From Nitrospirota bacterium (GTDB taxonomy: Bacteria > Nitrospirota > Thermodesulfovibrionia > Thermodesulfovibrionales > JdFR-86): DNA of 64,000 nucleotides. This document shows positions 62,607 to 64,000 of the stretch, in pieces. The DNA is taken from assembly GCA_963721805.1 (NCBI GenBank), contig CAVRJY010000001.1, positions 704,001-768,000 on the forward strand. Reading direction: 5' to 3'. The notes beneath the pieces were generated by a model. That model saw only the letters and a program-made list of their open reading frames with translations. It made no database searches and was not told the origin of the DNA. Numbering within the stretch: the first letter of the stretch is position 1; the number at the start of each line of letters is the position of its first letter. A program made the translations under genes and the position numbers.

Positions 62607-63587
62607 ATGAGGATATTTCAGGCCCTGCTGCTGATCCTGCTTGCTGCGACTGCGGCATCGAGCGCGTACGCCGCCGATATCGCGGCCGCCGAGAGGGCGT
62701 TCAGCTTCGGCGACTGGCCCGCGGCGGCCAACGAATACCAGGGGCTCGCCAAGGCGGACCCTTCGGCCGATAACTTCAACCGGCTCGGCGAGGCCGCGAT
62801 GTACAACCTCGATTTCCAGCGCGCCGAGTGGGCGTTTTCCAGCTCGCTCAAGAAGGCCGAGACGCCGCTTGCGAAGGTCATGTACACGATGCTCGAGGCC
62901 CTGCGCGACCAGTCCAACATGCCCGCCTTCACCGCGATGCTCGAGGAGCGCAAGGACGACCCTAAGGCGTGGTTCGCGGCCGGGTTCCTCAACGTGCAGA
63001 AAAATGACCTGGACTCCGCGCTCAAGGACTTCCAGAAGGCCTCCGAACTCGCGCCAAGGGACTACATGATATGGTTCATGATCGGTTATTGCAACGAGAA
63101 CGAAAGCCGGTTCGACGATTCCATAAAGGCATACAAGATGGCCGAGTTCCTTAACCCCGAATACGCGCAGGCGGTCAACAACCTCGGGTACTCCTACAAG
63201 GAGCGGGGCTATTACAGCTATGCGATCGAGGCATACAGGCGGGCCATTGGGCTGATGCCCCGCAACGCCGGGTTTTACTACAACCTGGGCAACGCCTATA
63301 CCCACAAGCACATGGAGGCCAAGGCGTTTTACTCCTACCGCACGGCCGTGGACCTGCAGCCCAACTTCGCGAAGGCCCACTATAACCTCGGCCGCAACCT
63401 GATGAAGATGGGGTTTTACGAAAACGCGATCAGGCACATGAAGCTTTATATAAAGTACTGGACCCCGGCCATCCCGGTCGTCGACGCCCCGACCCCGGAC
63501 AACGTGCAGGATCAGATCGACTCGATGAACGTCCTCATCACCGAGCGCGAGGATGAGTACCTCAGGCGGCTTAGCGAGGACCAGTGA
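62607..63587 (+). CDS. Secreted TPR-repeat protein
   Basis: Signal peptide MRIFQALLLILLAATAASSAYA; several TPRs (AVNNLGYSY, YYNLGNAY, AHYNLG). Confidence 0.82.
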   Translation: MRIFQALLLILLAATAASSAYAADIAAAERAFSFGDWPAAANEYQGLAKADPSADNFNRLGEAAMYNLDFQRAEWAFSSSLKKAETPLAKVMYTMLEALRDQSNMPAFTAMLEERKDDPKAWFAAGFLNVQKNDLDSALKDFQKASELAPRDYMIWFMIGYCNENESRFDDSIKAYKMAEFLNPEYAQAVNNLGYSYKERGYYSYAIEAYRRAIGLMPRNAGFYYNLGNAYTHKHMEAKAFYSYRTAVDLQPNFAKAHYNLGRNLMKMGFYENAIRHMKLYIKYWTPAIPVVDAPTPDNVQDQIDSMNVLITEREDEYLRRLSEDQ

Positions 63588-64000
63588 GCCGCCGCACCGC
63601 CTTGATCGCGTCCGCCCTGCTGGTGCTCGCTGCCGCTTATGCGGCGGCCGGCATGTTCTATCCGCTCTCCCGCCACCCGGATCCCTTCGAGGCGCAGGTC
63701 AGGCGCGGGGCCACTTTTGCGCAGGCTGCGATGTCGCTCGGCAGCCAGGGGCTCGTGCGCGACCCTGTGCTGTTCATGCTCGCCGGTTACGCCTCGGGGC
63801 TCAACAGGCGCCTTAAGGCCGGGTATTACGCGTTCCCGGCCGGGGACTACAGCCTATGGGATATCATGAAGGTTCTGCGCGCAGGCGGGATCGTCGAGCG
63901 GACCGTCCTGATACCGGAGGGTGAGACGCTCGCGGACATCCGGGGCAGGCTCGTCGCGGCCGGGCTCATTGAGGGGCCGGAGTTCGACCGCCTTAGCCAT
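63584..64000 (+). CDS. mltG: Endolytic transglycosylase MltG (5' part, runs off the window)
   Basis: Manual translation from GTG 63584: TM anchor, ...RRLKAGYY...VERTVLIPEGETLADI. Confidence 0.8.
   Translation, partial: MSRRTALIASALLVLAAAYAAAGMFYPLSRHPDPFEAQVRRGATFAQAAMSLGSQGLVRDPVLFMLAGYASGLNRRLKAGYYAFPAGDYSLWDIMKVLRAGGIVERTVLIPEGETLADIRGRLVAAGLIEGPEFDRLSH

Overview
GC-rich bacterial chromosome segment. Gene content and order (rpiB-glyA-nrdR, apgM-lysC, surE-pcm, trxA-tlpA-ffh, UbiD-type decarboxylase, galT-glgA) suggest a Nitrospirota/Desulfobacterota-like anaerobe; this assignment is inference only. Most of the window is housekeeping genes, plus tRNA-Asn, a fluoride riboswitch, a lone flagellin, an IS30 and an IS481. 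The most striking unexplained structure is a family of seven non-coding repeats, about 165-180 bp when complete. Each is a long imperfect hairpin with compensatory changes and usually a GGTCAACGGCAT(TG) tail. They sit at the edges of all four AT-rich foreign-gene islands. Three islands have an inverted pair and one has a single copy, always oriented the same way relative to the cargo. The cargo is a DUF4258/DUF2283 toxin-antitoxin pair, a 2-TM orphan, a geranylgeranyl-reductase pair and a PLD/HKD nuclease. Two islands also share an att-like module of ACATCCGAAC repeats with conserved spacing. No cognate recombinase is in the window. Five apparent single-base frameshifts are probably sequencing errors. 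All calls come from reading motifs by eye; no database searches were run.
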